Shown piece by piece: positions 9,883 through 18,263 of a DNA stretch of 64,000 nt. The position numbers and the translations under genes were made by a program. The stretch's first letter is position 1, and every line of letters starts with the position of its first letter. The stretch is from NCBI GenBank assembly GCA_041649115.1, contig JBAZNT010000007.1, positions 16,046 through 80,045 on the forward strand. Reading direction: 5' to 3'. This DNA comes from Candidatus Omnitrophota bacterium (GTDB lineage: Bacteria > Omnitrophota > Gorgyraeia > Gygaellales > Profunditerraquicolaceae). The notes under the pieces are model-generated. The model did no database searches. It saw nothing but the letters and a program-made list of their open reading frames with translations, and had not been told where the DNA came from.

Positions 9883-11039
9883 TTCCCCATCCCTATCCCT
9901 TGGCTAATCTGGAATATCTTGCCCTCTGTTTGGATAGAAGGGGCAATGATAATTTCCACGTCGTGCATTTCCTTCAGGTTTGAAGCGCCCAACGACCCCA
10001 TTGAAGTCTTCAGCGCCCCGATAAGATTTTGCGAACCGTCATCCACTCTGGCCGGGCCAAAAAGTATCTCCTTTAAAGTCCCGGTCGTGCCGACGTTGAT
10101 GCGGGTGCCGCGCGGAAGGTTCACGTGGGAAGTAGCCATCCCCCAATGATACCCTCTGCCCGGGGCCTCTTTTGCGCGGGCAAAGCTGGAGCCGATCATC
10201 ACGGCATCCGCTCCGGAGGCAAAGGCCTTGCAGATATCTCCTCCGCGGTTCATGCCTCCGTCCGTAATGATGGAGACATACCTGCCTGTCCTCTTAAAAT
10301 AAAAATCGCGCGCCCCCGCTGCGTCTACGGTAGCGGTAACCTGCGGCACGCCTATCCCCAGGACGCCGCGGGTAGTACACGCCGCCCCCGGGCCGATACC
10401 TATCAACAGCCCACTGGCCCCGGTCTTCATAAGCTCTACGGTGGTCTCGTACGTAACGCAATTGCCGATAATCACGGGGATCTTTACGGTTTTACAAAAT
10501 CTAAAGAGGTCCAGGCTCTTGTATTCCCTTGCCAGATGCCTGGTAGTGGTAACGGTAGACTGCACTACGAAGATGTCCGCTCCGGAATTGATTGCCAGCC
10601 GCGAAAACTTCTCGGCATGGGAAGGGATACAGCTTACTACTGCCGTGCCTTTTCTCTTTTTAATCTCGCTGACCCTCTTGGAAACTAATTTTTCCTTGAT
10701 GGGGGTGGTGTATAGCGATTGGATAAGTTCGGTGGCTTTCTGGGGAGTCGCCCTGGATATCTGCTCCAAGACATCATCGGGATCCTCGTAACGGGTCTGC
10801 ACACCGTCAAGGTTTAAGACCGCAATGCCTCCCAGCCTTGACATCTCTATTGCAAAACGCACATCCACTACCCCATCCATAGCCGCCGCCAGGATAGGGA
10901 CCTTAAATATTTTGCCTGCGATTTCAAAAGAAGTATCTACCTCGTTGGGGTTAACGGTCTGTGCGCCCGGCACCAAAGCTATCTCGTCAAAGCCGTAACA
11001 ACGACGCGCCCGCCTGCCTATACCTATCCATTCCGCCAT
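9879..11039 (-). CDS. IMP dehydrogenase-family protein without CBS subdomain (GuaB3-like)
   Basis: 386 aa TIM-barrel. The catalytic-loop-like [11 protein letters not shown] retains the Cys. There is no CBS pair. The stop overlaps the guaA start by 4 nt. Confidence 0.75.
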   Translation of the reverse strand: MAEWIGIGRRARRCYGFDEIALVPGAQTVNPNEVDTSFEIAGKIFKVPILAAAMDGVVDVRFAIEMSRLGGIAVLNLDGVQTRYEDPDDVLEQISRATPQKATELIQSLYTTPIKEKLVSKRVSEIKKRKGTAVVSCIPSHAEKFSRLAINSGADIFVVQSTVTTTRHLAREYKSLDLFRFCKTVKIPVIIGNCVTYETTVELMKTGASGLLIGIGPGAACTTRGVLGIGVPQVTATVDAAGARDFYFKRTGRYVSIITDGGMNRGGDICKAFASGADAVMIGSSFARAKEAPGRGYHWGMATSHVNLPRGTRINVGTTGTLKEILFGPARVDDGSQNLIGALKTSMGSLGASNLKEMHDVEIIIAPSIQTEGKIFQISQGIGMGK

Positions 11040-11128
11040 AATGCCGCTCCTTTATAACTTCTTATTTTTCAGTGAGTTATATACAAAAATGCCTGTTTCA
11101 GGGATGCCTTAAGAAATGATTGAGAAAA

Positions 11129-11157
11129 ATTTTACACCCGTGCTGCCGAATTGTCAA
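11129..11157 (-). promoter_or_regulatory. sigma70-type promoter of the guaB-like/guaA operon
   Basis: The minus strand reads TTGACA-N17-TAAAAT, about 90 nt upstream of the ATG at 11039. Confidence 0.5.
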
Positions 11158-11185
11158 TGATTATTTTATAGGGGTGACCTTAGGG

Positions 11186-11569
11186 TTACTGCGAAACCCG
11201 GCCACGGATATTTTTTTCGATAAAATCAACTAACTTCTCCAGGCTCACCGGTTTAGCTATAAAAGAACGCCCGCCTATTATGCCGCGGTTCTTTTCTACC
11301 TCCTGCCTATCTACGGCTGCGGTCAAAAATACAACCGGGATATTCATGGTTTCCTCATCGTTTTCCAGCTGATAGCACACCTCTCCGCCGTCAATCTCCG
11401 GCATCATAACGTCAAGTAAAATCAGGTCCGGCTTAAAGTCCTTGGCAGCGGCAAACCCGCGCGAACCGCTGTTCTCTGTTTTAACCTCATACCTGCCGGT
11501 CCCCTCAAGGTTGGATTTTACCAGTTTTGTAAAATTCTCCTCGTCGTCAATAAGTAATATCTTCTTCAT
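11186..11569 (-). CDS. single-domain response regulator (receiver only)
   Basis: 127 aa. CheY-like: DDE at the N-terminus, phospho-acceptor context LILLDVMMP, and conserved K in FIAKP. Confidence 0.85.
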   Translation of the reverse strand: MKKILLIDDEENFTKLVKSNLEGTGRYEVKTENSGSRGFAAAKDFKPDLILLDVMMPEIDGGEVCYQLENDEETMNIPVVFLTAAVDRQEVEKNRGIIGGRSFIAKPVSLEKLVDFIEKNIRGRVSQ

Positions 11570-11573
11570 CGGG

Positions 11574-13367
11574 TTACCTCCTGGATACCTTTAGAACAAG
11601 GGTTATCTTGGTCCCCTTGCCGGGCCGGCTCTCCACGTATATTACCCCCCGGTGCATATGAATTATATTCCTGGTTACCGACAGCCCCAATCCTGCCCCG
11701 CCTACCGGGCCCTTGGTGGTAAAGAACGGGTCAAAGATCCTGTTGAGGTTCTCTTCGGGTATTCCGACGCCGGTATCCTCGACCTCAACTATTACCGCCG
11801 TCTCTCCAATCCTGAAATTATCATTTGTTCTTTTACCTATGCCGTTTTTTATCTCTTCTAATTTTTTATCGTAGGTGCGTATGACTACCCTGCCGCTGTC
11901 GCCAACGGCCTGAAGGGCATTCAATAATATATTGATGAAAACCTGCTCCATCTTGTTTTTGTCTACCAGGACATCAGGCAGGTCCTTCTTCGCTTCTAAC
12001 GTAATGCCCACCTTTTCGGATTTAAACCTGGTTTTTACCAAACTCAAAGATGTCTCCAGGATAGAATTTATATTTTCCGGCTCCAAGTCCAGGCCCTTGG
12101 ATTTGGAAAAATCCAGGAGCGTGTTTATAATCTTATCCGCTCTTTCCACGCTTTCCTTAATCATAACCAGAGCCTCAATAATAGCCTTTTCAGTCGCGGG
12201 AATTTTCTGCTCAAGGTAATTAACCCCCTGCAATATTATTCCTAAGGGGTTCCTGACTTCATGCGCCACCCCGCTGGCCAGTTGGCCCACAGCATTTAAT
12301 TTTTCGGCCTGGATAAGCTGGTCCTGCGTCTCCTTAAGCCTGGCGTATGATTCCTGCAGCTTCTTCTCTGCTTCCCTGCGCTCCTGCACTTCCTGAAGCA
12401 ATTCTCCCTTTTGCCTGAAAAATCTAATTATCAACCGAGAGATATCTCCAAATTCACTGGTATCCTTTTCCAAGCTGCGGAGAGCCCCTGAATCTTCCGT
12501 CTTCAGCGCCCGGGAGATAATGGCAAGCGGTATATTTACCGATGTTATCAGGACTGTTATTACAACAAACAAAACACATACAAGAAAAACGACAAATAGT
12601 ATGGCCGTATTTTTTGAGAATGACTTGAAACCTGCTATTTCCTTGGATTCTATCCTGACGTTAAGGCGGGCTACCGGTTCTGCGTTCCAGCCATTGAACT
12701 CTCTTGAAAAAAAGATAGTGCTATCTAACTTACTGCGGGAGACAGAGGGTATCTGATCTGGCTTGACGAGTTCAATCTCTCCGCCTATCAAATTAGCAAA
12801 CTCAGCGAGATATGCTCTATTCCAGAGCCGGCCCGCAAAGAAATATCCCTGGGTAGGGGTCCTCCTCTCCGCATCCGCGCTGACATGTATTGTGGCGCCG
12901 CGGACCTCCAATAACCCTAAAGGAGTATTGACAAAAAAATGGCGGAAATGCTCCTTTAAAAACATTTGATCCAGGACATCTTTGGGGAAAGAAACCCCCT
13001 TGAGGCTGGCATCGGGTTGCCGGGTTACGGAATAAAGTAAAGATGAATCCAGTTTATATACCCATATCACATCTACCTGATAGGTATCAAGGACGTTATC
13101 GCTTAGCATTTTCTTAGCCCATGCCATATCGCCGGTGCGCACAAAGGATGCCATTTCATCCCAATAAGTATAATCAAATGCCAATGCTTCAAGGTTCAGG
13201 CCTTTAAGCTCTATAATCTTGCTCAGGTAGATATTCTTCTCATCGCTGTGTTCCTTAACAAGAAACTCCACTTTCTTATTTTCGGAGAGTTGATACAAAT
13301 ACCTTCCCGCAATAAATATGGCGCTGAGCAATACCAATAATAAAATTATTTTTTTCTGGACCTTCAT
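11574..13367 (-). CDS. sensor histidine kinase with N-terminal extracytoplasmic sensor domain
   Basis: 597 aa. Two TM segments flank a sensor region of about 220 aa. H-box [10 protein letters not shown]-box and G-boxes (DTGVGIP, GAGLGL). Confidence 0.85.
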   Translation of the reverse strand: MKVQKKIILLLVLLSAIFIAGRYLYQLSENKKVEFLVKEHSDEKNIYLSKIIELKGLNLEALAFDYTYWDEMASFVRTGDMAWAKKMLSDNVLDTYQVDVIWVYKLDSSLLYSVTRQPDASLKGVSFPKDVLDQMFLKEHFRHFFVNTPLGLLEVRGATIHVSADAERRTPTQGYFFAGRLWNRAYLAEFANLIGGEIELVKPDQIPSVSRSKLDSTIFFSREFNGWNAEPVARLNVRIESKEIAGFKSFSKNTAILFVVFLVCVLFVVITVLITSVNIPLAIISRALKTEDSGALRSLEKDTSEFGDISRLIIRFFRQKGELLQEVQERREAEKKLQESYARLKETQDQLIQAEKLNAVGQLASGVAHEVRNPLGIILQGVNYLEQKIPATEKAIIEALVMIKESVERADKIINTLLDFSKSKGLDLEPENINSILETSLSLVKTRFKSEKVGITLEAKKDLPDVLVDKNKMEQVFINILLNALQAVGDSGRVVIRTYDKKLEEIKNGIGKRTNDNFRIGETAVIVEVEDTGVGIPEENLNRIFDPFFTTKGPVGGAGLGLSVTRNIIHMHRGVIYVESRPGKGTKITLVLKVSRR

Positions 13368-13430
13368 GGCTTAATATTTAGATATTTGCTGGCATTTCCA
13401 TTCTACAATGAATATAAACCAACCCTTTAT

Positions 13431-13459
13431 ATTGTATCACCTTCGTTTTTAATTCTCAA
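13431..13459 (-). promoter_or_regulatory. candidate promoter of the kinase/regulator operon
   Basis: The minus strand reads TTGAGA-N17-TACAAT, about 65 nt upstream of the kinase ATG. Confidence 0.4.
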
Positions 13460-13470
13460 GAGAAGCTTTC

Positions 13471-13510
13471 AAAATAAAAGGCGCAAGGTCTAATTAACCT
13501 TGCGCCTTTT
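13471..13510 (-). terminator. intrinsic terminator after groEL
   Basis: 13-bp GC-rich stem AAAAGGCGCAAGG / CCTTGCGCCTTTT. It is followed on the minus strand by TTTTATTTT. Confidence 0.8.
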
Positions 13511-13542
13511 ATTATAGCCGAAACTGCCTATATCAAGAGGTC

Positions 13543-15174
13543 TTAATACATGCCTCCCATCCCGCCGCCTCCCGGTGGCATTGGGGGCATCTTTTCTTCC
13601 TTTTCAGGCTTATCAGCAATGAGCGTCTCGGTGGTCAAAAGCAACGCTGCGATGCTGGAAGCATTCTGGAGCGCGGAACGGGTAACCTTGGTGGGGTCGA
13701 TCACGCCCGCATCAAGCATATCCACATAGGCATCCTGATTCACGTCATAACCAACGTTGGTCTTTTCCGCCTTGATACGCTGCACCACTACCGAGCCTTC
13801 CAGGCCGGCGTTTTCGGCAATCTGCCTTATAGGCTCCTCAATCGCTCTCTTGACGATATTGATGCCTATCTTTTCGTCTCCGTCAGCCTTAATCTTTTCA
13901 AGGGCCGCGATGGTACGCAACAAGGCTACCCCGCCTCCGGGGACAATGCCTTCCTGGGAAGCTGCGCGGGTAGCATGAAGCGCGTCCTCAACCCTTGCCT
14001 TCTTCTCTTTCATTTCAGTCTCGGTAGCTGCGCCGACATTGATTACCGCAACTCCTCCGGCAAGCTTTGCCAGGCGTTCCTGCAGCTTCTCTTTGTCATA
14101 ATCGGAATCGCTGTCCTCAATCTGCTTTTTAATCTGTGCGATCCTGCCGTTGATGGACTGGGTCTTGCCAGCGCCTTCAACGATAGTAGTATTCTCCTTG
14201 TCAACCTTAACCCTCTTGGCACGGCCGAGGTCCTCGACATTGATGTTTTCCAGCTTAATCCCTAAGTCTTCGGTAATTGCCTTGCCTCCGGTAAGGACTG
14301 CGATATCCTCAAGCATTGCCTTGCGCCTGTCGCCGTAACCCGGGGCCTTGACTGCGCAGGCAGCAAAGGTACCGCGTATCTTATTTACTACCAGGGTAGC
14401 CAATGCCTCGCCCTCAACCTCTTCCGCCACAATCAACAGGGGTTTGCCGGTACGCGCAATCTTCTCCAAAAGCGGGAGGATATCCTTAATAGAGGATATC
14501 TTTTTCTCGTATATCAGGATATAGGGGTCTTCAAGAAGCACCTCCATCCTTTCGGCATCGGTAACAAAATATGGGGAAAGGTACCCCTGGTCAAACTGCA
14601 TCCCCTCTACCACGTCAAGGGTAGTGGCGGTGGACTTGGCCTCTTCTACGGTAATGACTCCGTCCTTGCCGACCTTATCCATCGCCTCTGCGATAAGCTC
14701 GCCGATGGTGGTATCGGAGTTGGCGGCAATGGAAGCCACCTGCGCTACCTCTTTCTTATCCTTGATGGGAGTAGAAAGTTTTCCTAATTCCTCCACTACT
14801 TTATCTACTGCCTTCTCTATCCCCCTCTTTAGCTCCATGGGGTTTGCGCCGGCAGTAACGTTTTTCAAGCCCTCGCGATAAATCGCCTCAGCCAAAAGCG
14901 TAGCGGTGGTGGTGCCGTCGCCTGCTATATCAGAGGTCTTTTCTGCAACCTCTTTGACCATCTGGGCGCCCATATTCTCATAGGGGTCTTCCAGGTCAAT
15001 CTCCTTGGCTACCGTAACACCGTCCTTGGTAATGGTTGGCGAACCGAATTTTTTGTCGATTACGACGTTGCGGCCCTTGGGACCCAGCGTCACCTTCACC
15101 GCAGCCGAAAGCTGCTCTACGCCGCTTAAGATCTTGCGGCGTGCTTCGTCGCTATACAAAAGTTGCTTTGCCAT
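13543..15174 (-). CDS. groL: chaperonin GroEL
   Basis: 543 aa. [12 protein letters not shown]-like motif and a GGM-rich C-terminal tail. Confidence 0.97.
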   Translation of the reverse strand: MAKQLLYSDEARRKILSGVEQLSAAVKVTLGPKGRNVVIDKKFGSPTITKDGVTVAKEIDLEDPYENMGAQMVKEVAEKTSDIAGDGTTTATLLAEAIYREGLKNVTAGANPMELKRGIEKAVDKVVEELGKLSTPIKDKKEVAQVASIAANSDTTIGELIAEAMDKVGKDGVITVEEAKSTATTLDVVEGMQFDQGYLSPYFVTDAERMEVLLEDPYILIYEKKISSIKDILPLLEKIARTGKPLLIVAEEVEGEALATLVVNKIRGTFAACAVKAPGYGDRRKAMLEDIAVLTGGKAITEDLGIKLENINVEDLGRAKRVKVDKENTTIVEGAGKTQSINGRIAQIKKQIEDSDSDYDKEKLQERLAKLAGGVAVINVGAATETEMKEKKARVEDALHATRAASQEGIVPGGGVALLRTIAALEKIKADGDEKIGINIVKRAIEEPIRQIAENAGLEGSVVVQRIKAEKTNVGYDVNQDAYVDMLDAGVIDPTKVTRSALQNASSIAALLLTTETLIADKPEKEEKMPPMPPGGGGMGGMY

Positions 15175-15203
15175 TAGATAACCTCCTTTTTAAAAAATTG
15201 CCT

Positions 15204-15494
15204 CTATTTTATAATCGCCAGGATATCTTCTTCGCGCATAATCAAGAGCTCTTCGCCGTCCTTGGTGGTAATCTCGTTTCCGGAATACTTTCCGTATAAT
15301 ACCTTATCTCCCACCTTAACCTCCAGGGCCTGGACGCTTCCGCTATCAAGAACCTTGCCTTTTCCTACCGCCACTATCTCTCCCTCTTGAGGTTTTTCTT
15401 TTGCGGTATCGGGAAGGACTATCCCGCCCTTGGTCTTGGCCTCTGCCTCTAAAGGTTTGACTACTACCCGGTCGCCTAACGGTTGAATCTTCAT
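15204..15494 (-). CDS. groES: co-chaperonin GroES
   Basis: 96 aa. Starts [14 protein letters not shown], with a mobile-loop region. Confidence 0.95.
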   Translation of the reverse strand: MKIQPLGDRVVVKPLEAEAKTKGGIVLPDTAKEKPQEGEIVAVGKGKVLDSGSVQALEVKVGDKVLYGKYSGNEITTKDGEELLIMREEDILAIIK

Positions 15495-15529
15495 AACTAC
15501 ACCTCCTTATGATTTTGGCATGATTTATA

Positions 15530-15556
15530 TTAGCACTCGCCCTACAAGAGTGCTAA
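15530..15556 (-). promoter_or_regulatory. CIRCE operator (HrcA binding site)
   Basis: Exact consensus TTAGCACTC-N9-GAGTGCTAA, 36 nt upstream of the groES ATG. Confidence 0.92.
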
Positions 15557-15583
15557 TTATAAAATAAAAAAAAATCTTGTCAA
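15556..15583 (-). promoter_or_regulatory. sigma70-type promoter of groES-groEL
   Basis: The minus strand reads TTGACA-N16-TATAAT. The -10 hexamer abuts CIRCE. Confidence 0.7.
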
Positions 15584-15643
15584 GTATTTTTTTATCTATC
15601 TCTACCCCCTAGAAAACGTTTTCTTTAAAGTGGGATTTCGGTA

Positions 15644-15671
15644 TTGAAATGCCAAAAAAATAGCTTAAACT
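15644..15671 (+). promoter_or_regulatory. candidate promoter of the structured leader
   Basis: TTGAAA-N16-TAAACT on the plus strand, about 25 nt upstream of motif copy 1. Confidence 0.35.
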
Positions 15672-15695
15672 TTAGGCGGAGATACTATACGCACT

Positions 15696-15756
15696 CCTTA
15701 ACGATAAAGCCGCGTCCATAGCTGTATCCGGCGCGGAATGCCACGGATCGATAAGG
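15696..15756 (+). promoter_or_regulatory. conserved leader RNA motif, copy 1 (unclassified riboswitch-like element)
   Basis: P1 is CCTTAACGAT / ATCGATAAGG. The joining segment contains ACGATAA. P2 is CCGCGTC / GGCGCGG. A 20-nt block AATGCCACGGATCGATAAGG is identical to copy 2. Confidence 0.55.
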
Positions 15757-15780
15757 AAGATTTTAGTTATCATTATCGAG

Positions 15781-15826
15781 AGCCGGGTTGCCGAATTAAG
15801 GAAAGGCAACCCGGCTATTTTATTTT
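15781..15826 (+). terminator. intrinsic terminator / attenuator after motif copy 1
   Basis: 12-bp stem AGCCGGGTTGCC / GGCAACCCGGCT followed by ATTTTATTTT. No upstream plus-strand gene exists for it to terminate. Confidence 0.75.
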
Positions 15827-15925
15827 CCGGGACAAGATAAATCAGGCAGAAAATATGCGGGCCGAAAGGAGGTGAATAAAAACGGATTCGCCCCTTCTGC
15901 AAAAAATAGATAGGGGTAAAACAAT

Positions 15926-15985
15926 CCCTGACGATAACCCGCGCCGTATGCAAAAGGCGCGAAATGCCACGGATCGATAAGGGGG
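15926..15985 (+). promoter_or_regulatory. conserved leader RNA motif, copy 2 (overlaps the ribosome-binding site)
   Basis: Same architecture as copy 1: ACGATAA, a P2 of different sequence (CGCGCC / GGCGCG), and the identical 20-nt block. Its 3' end runs into the GGGGGA Shine-Dalgarno 9 nt before the ATG at 15994. Confidence 0.55.
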
Positions 15986-15993
15986 AAAGTAAA

Positions 15994-16938
15994 ATGAAAA
16001 GGCTAAACCTGCTGCTTTTAACATTCTTTGCATGCATACTGGGTATAACAGCAACCGGTCATGCAGAAGGGGTATCGCCCCTACGCCTAGAAGTAACCAA
16101 AAGTATGCCTGTTTATAAGGCTGGGCTTCGCGCTGTTAACATGGTTAAAATAGAAACGCCGGCAACAACCAGTTCCCTTGCAACGCTTGAATCAAACACT
16201 GGCACTGCCGATAAAAATAAAAAAGACAAGGTCAACGTCGGCACTGCCGACCCTGTAACTGCCATAAAAACACAGGATAAAACCAATGGGAATATCCTTC
16301 CTGCCGGCAGTAAAGAAAAAATATATGATAAAGACGGAAATTGCATAGGATATAAAGAAAGTGTTTACACAAGAAATGACAAGGGGTTAATAACTAAAAT
16401 AAGCTGGGCAAAATATAACACCAAAGGGGAAAAAATCAGCTCCGGGACCCAGGAATATAGCTATACCTATAATAACAGGAACCAGGTCACAAAACGGGTA
16501 ATAACATGCAAGAACAGCCAAGGGAAAGTAACTGAAACTCACACCACGGAATACACCTATGGCAGTGACCACCTGGCAACGGGTTACAAAATCACGGTGC
16601 AATATGCAAGCGGAAAGAAAATTGTTTCAAATTCAGTAATCACCCGCGATGCCGCCACCCATAAAATAGACCATATCTCTACCACGGCGGTTATTACAAA
16701 AAATGGCGCAATACTCCAGAAAACAAATACCATACAAAGCTACAGTTACCATGCTAACGGAAAATTAAAGCAAATTGCCATAACAATCCGTAATGGCTCT
16801 AAGGTCGGAGGCGGGACTTTAATAGAAACAAGGACGAATAATTACGGCACGGACGGGATCCTTAAAAACGGCTCGCAGGTATTTTACAAAAACGGTAAAT
16901 TATCCGAAAAGCGCGTTATAACTTATCTTTCGAAATAA
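15994..16938 (+). CDS. secreted repeat protein (YD/MORN-like beta-hairpin repeats), function unknown
   Basis: I prefer the start at the MKRLNLLLLTFFACILG signal peptide with a good SD. The ORF track starts 30 nt earlier, inside the motif. Repeats resemble YxYxxxNQVTKRV and YKNGKL. Confidence 0.6.
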   Translation: MKRLNLLLLTFFACILGITATGHAEGVSPLRLEVTKSMPVYKAGLRAVNMVKIETPATTSSLATLESNTGTADKNKKDKVNVGTADPVTAIKTQDKTNGNILPAGSKEKIYDKDGNCIGYKESVYTRNDKGLITKISWAKYNTKGEKISSGTQEYSYTYNNRNQVTKRVITCKNSQGKVTETHTTEYTYGSDHLATGYKITVQYASGKKIVSNSVITRDAATHKIDHISTTAVITKNGAILQKTNTIQSYSYHANGKLKQIAITIRNGSKVGGGTLIETRTNNYGTDGILKNGSQVFYKNGKLSEKRVITYLSK

Positions 16939-17029
16939 ATTAAAAAGGGAAACAAATAATCGATATTTTAATTAATTACTTAGACTATTGAAGATAATTG
17001 GGTTGAATCAGGAGGGATGAGATGCTATT

Positions 17030-17374
17030 TTAGATCGCGACTTCCGCTTTTCTCATAAAAGGCGCCAGCCCCATCAGGTCAATGCGGTTAAGCTCTACCC
17101 CTACGCGGTACCTGTCCGGCTCAAGGCGCCTGGACCAGGCAACCTTGCCTCTTGTATAGTAGGTCTCGCCTCTTTCGGGTATGGGCAGCCACATCTCAAG
17201 CGGGGTCTCGGGATCAACTTCCCTTTGCGTAAGCATGCCGATACCCCTGGCGCTGATATCTTCGGTCTGCACTAAATTCCATTTATTAGTCGAGGTATTT
17301 AGAAACCTCATGCTTATCCTTAACGGCATCCGTTGGAATAATCTTTTATCGCTGGAGGAATACGGCTCCATCAT
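17030..17374 (-). CDS. stand-alone PilZ-domain protein
   Basis: RxxxR-like QRMPLR and D/NxSxxG-like EDISARGIG motifs. The ATG at 17374 follows GAAGGAGGG; the track's TTG start is 15 nt upstream. Confidence 0.75.
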   Translation of the reverse strand: MMEPYSSSDKRLFQRMPLRISMRFLNTSTNKWNLVQTEDISARGIGMLTQREVDPETPLEMWLPIPERGETYYTRGKVAWSRRLEPDRYRVGVELNRIDLMGLAPFMRKAEVAI

Positions 17375-17507
17375 TTTACCCTCCTTCAATAAATAAAAAA
17401 CCGCGGCTTGTCTTTATCTGACTATCCCGCGGCTTTCGAAACATCTCGTTAGAGTTTCGCACCTATTATCCAAAGTTATAAAATGCCGTTACGATATTAA
17501 TTATAGG

Positions 17508-18263
17508 TCAAGAGAACTTTCCTGTCAAGTATTTCCTGCTGTAAATAAGGTTAAGGCCCTTTATGGTCAGGTCTACATCCAAATATTTTTCCGCCTTGAT
17601 ATACCTGCTCAAAAGAACGCTATCGCCTCCTGTAAAAACCGCTATCGCATCACTGCCGATAACCTCTCTGATGCCTCGCATCATATCCCCGGTCATAGCC
17701 GCAAAACCGTGGACAATCCCGCTTAAGATGCTCTCGGAGGTATCGCGGCCGATAAATTCTTTCGGCCTCCTCAATTTTATATCCGGTAGCAATGCGGTCT
17801 TCTCTGCCAATGCCGCCAAGGAGATCCTCAATCCTGGAAGTATCATCCCGCCTAAGTACTCGCCTCTGCGCGATATGACATCAAAGGTAATGGCAGTGCC
17901 GAAATCCACTACCACAGCGGGAGAGCCGTAAAACTCGCATGCCGCGTAGGCGTTCACCAAACGGTCCTGCCCAACCTGTCTCTTCATGCGATAGCGGTTA
18001 ATTATCGGCACCTTGATATTCAGGCCCAACACTAAAGGCTTCTTACCTAATTGCCTGAAAAGCTCCTTTTTCAATATAACAGTGGCATATGGCACAACGC
18101 TGGAGATTATGGCGTTTTCTATGGGGTAGCTTCTTAATATCGGCAAAAGTTCCTTACGGTATGTTCTCCTGCAGGTAGGAATACTGTAACGCCTCAAAAG
18201 CCGCTTCTTCTCAAATACGCCCAGGCTTATATTGGTATTCCCCACGTCAACAGCCAGCAGCAT
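17508..18263 (-). CDS. coaX: type III pantothenate kinase
   Basis: 251 aa. Starts MLLAVDVGNTN, with an ASKHA fold pattern (VVDFGTAITFD). Confidence 0.9.
   Translation of the reverse strand: MLLAVDVGNTNISLGVFEKKRLLRRYSIPTCRRTYRKELLPILRSYPIENAIISSVVPYATVILKKELFRQLGKKPLVLGLNIKVPIINRYRMKRQVGQDRLVNAYAACEFYGSPAVVVDFGTAITFDVISRRGEYLGGMILPGLRISLAALAEKTALLPDIKLRRPKEFIGRDTSESILSGIVHGFAAMTGDMMRGIREVIGSDAIAVFTGGDSVLLSRYIKAEKYLDVDLTIKGLNLIYSRKYLTGKFS

Noticed and set aside
15696-15756. Resemblance of CCGGCGCGGAATGCCACGG to the cobalamin-riboswitch B12-box region.
   Set aside because: The motif is about 60 nt with only two helices. That is far too small for a cobalamin aptamer and lacks the multi-stem junction, so the similarity is judged to be chance.
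15672-16054. Two minus-strand ORFs (121 and 70 aa) covering the groES-divergent intergenic region.
   Set aside because: They have no RBS and odd composition. They lie antisense to a region better explained by a plus-strand promoter, two structured motif copies and a terminator.
17391-17432. Possible terminator after coaX (CCGCGG ... CCGCGG followed by a T-run on the minus strand).
   Set aside because: It has only a 6-bp stem with a 20-nt loop, which is too weak to annotate as a feature. It is mentioned only as the first plausible end of the long gene string.
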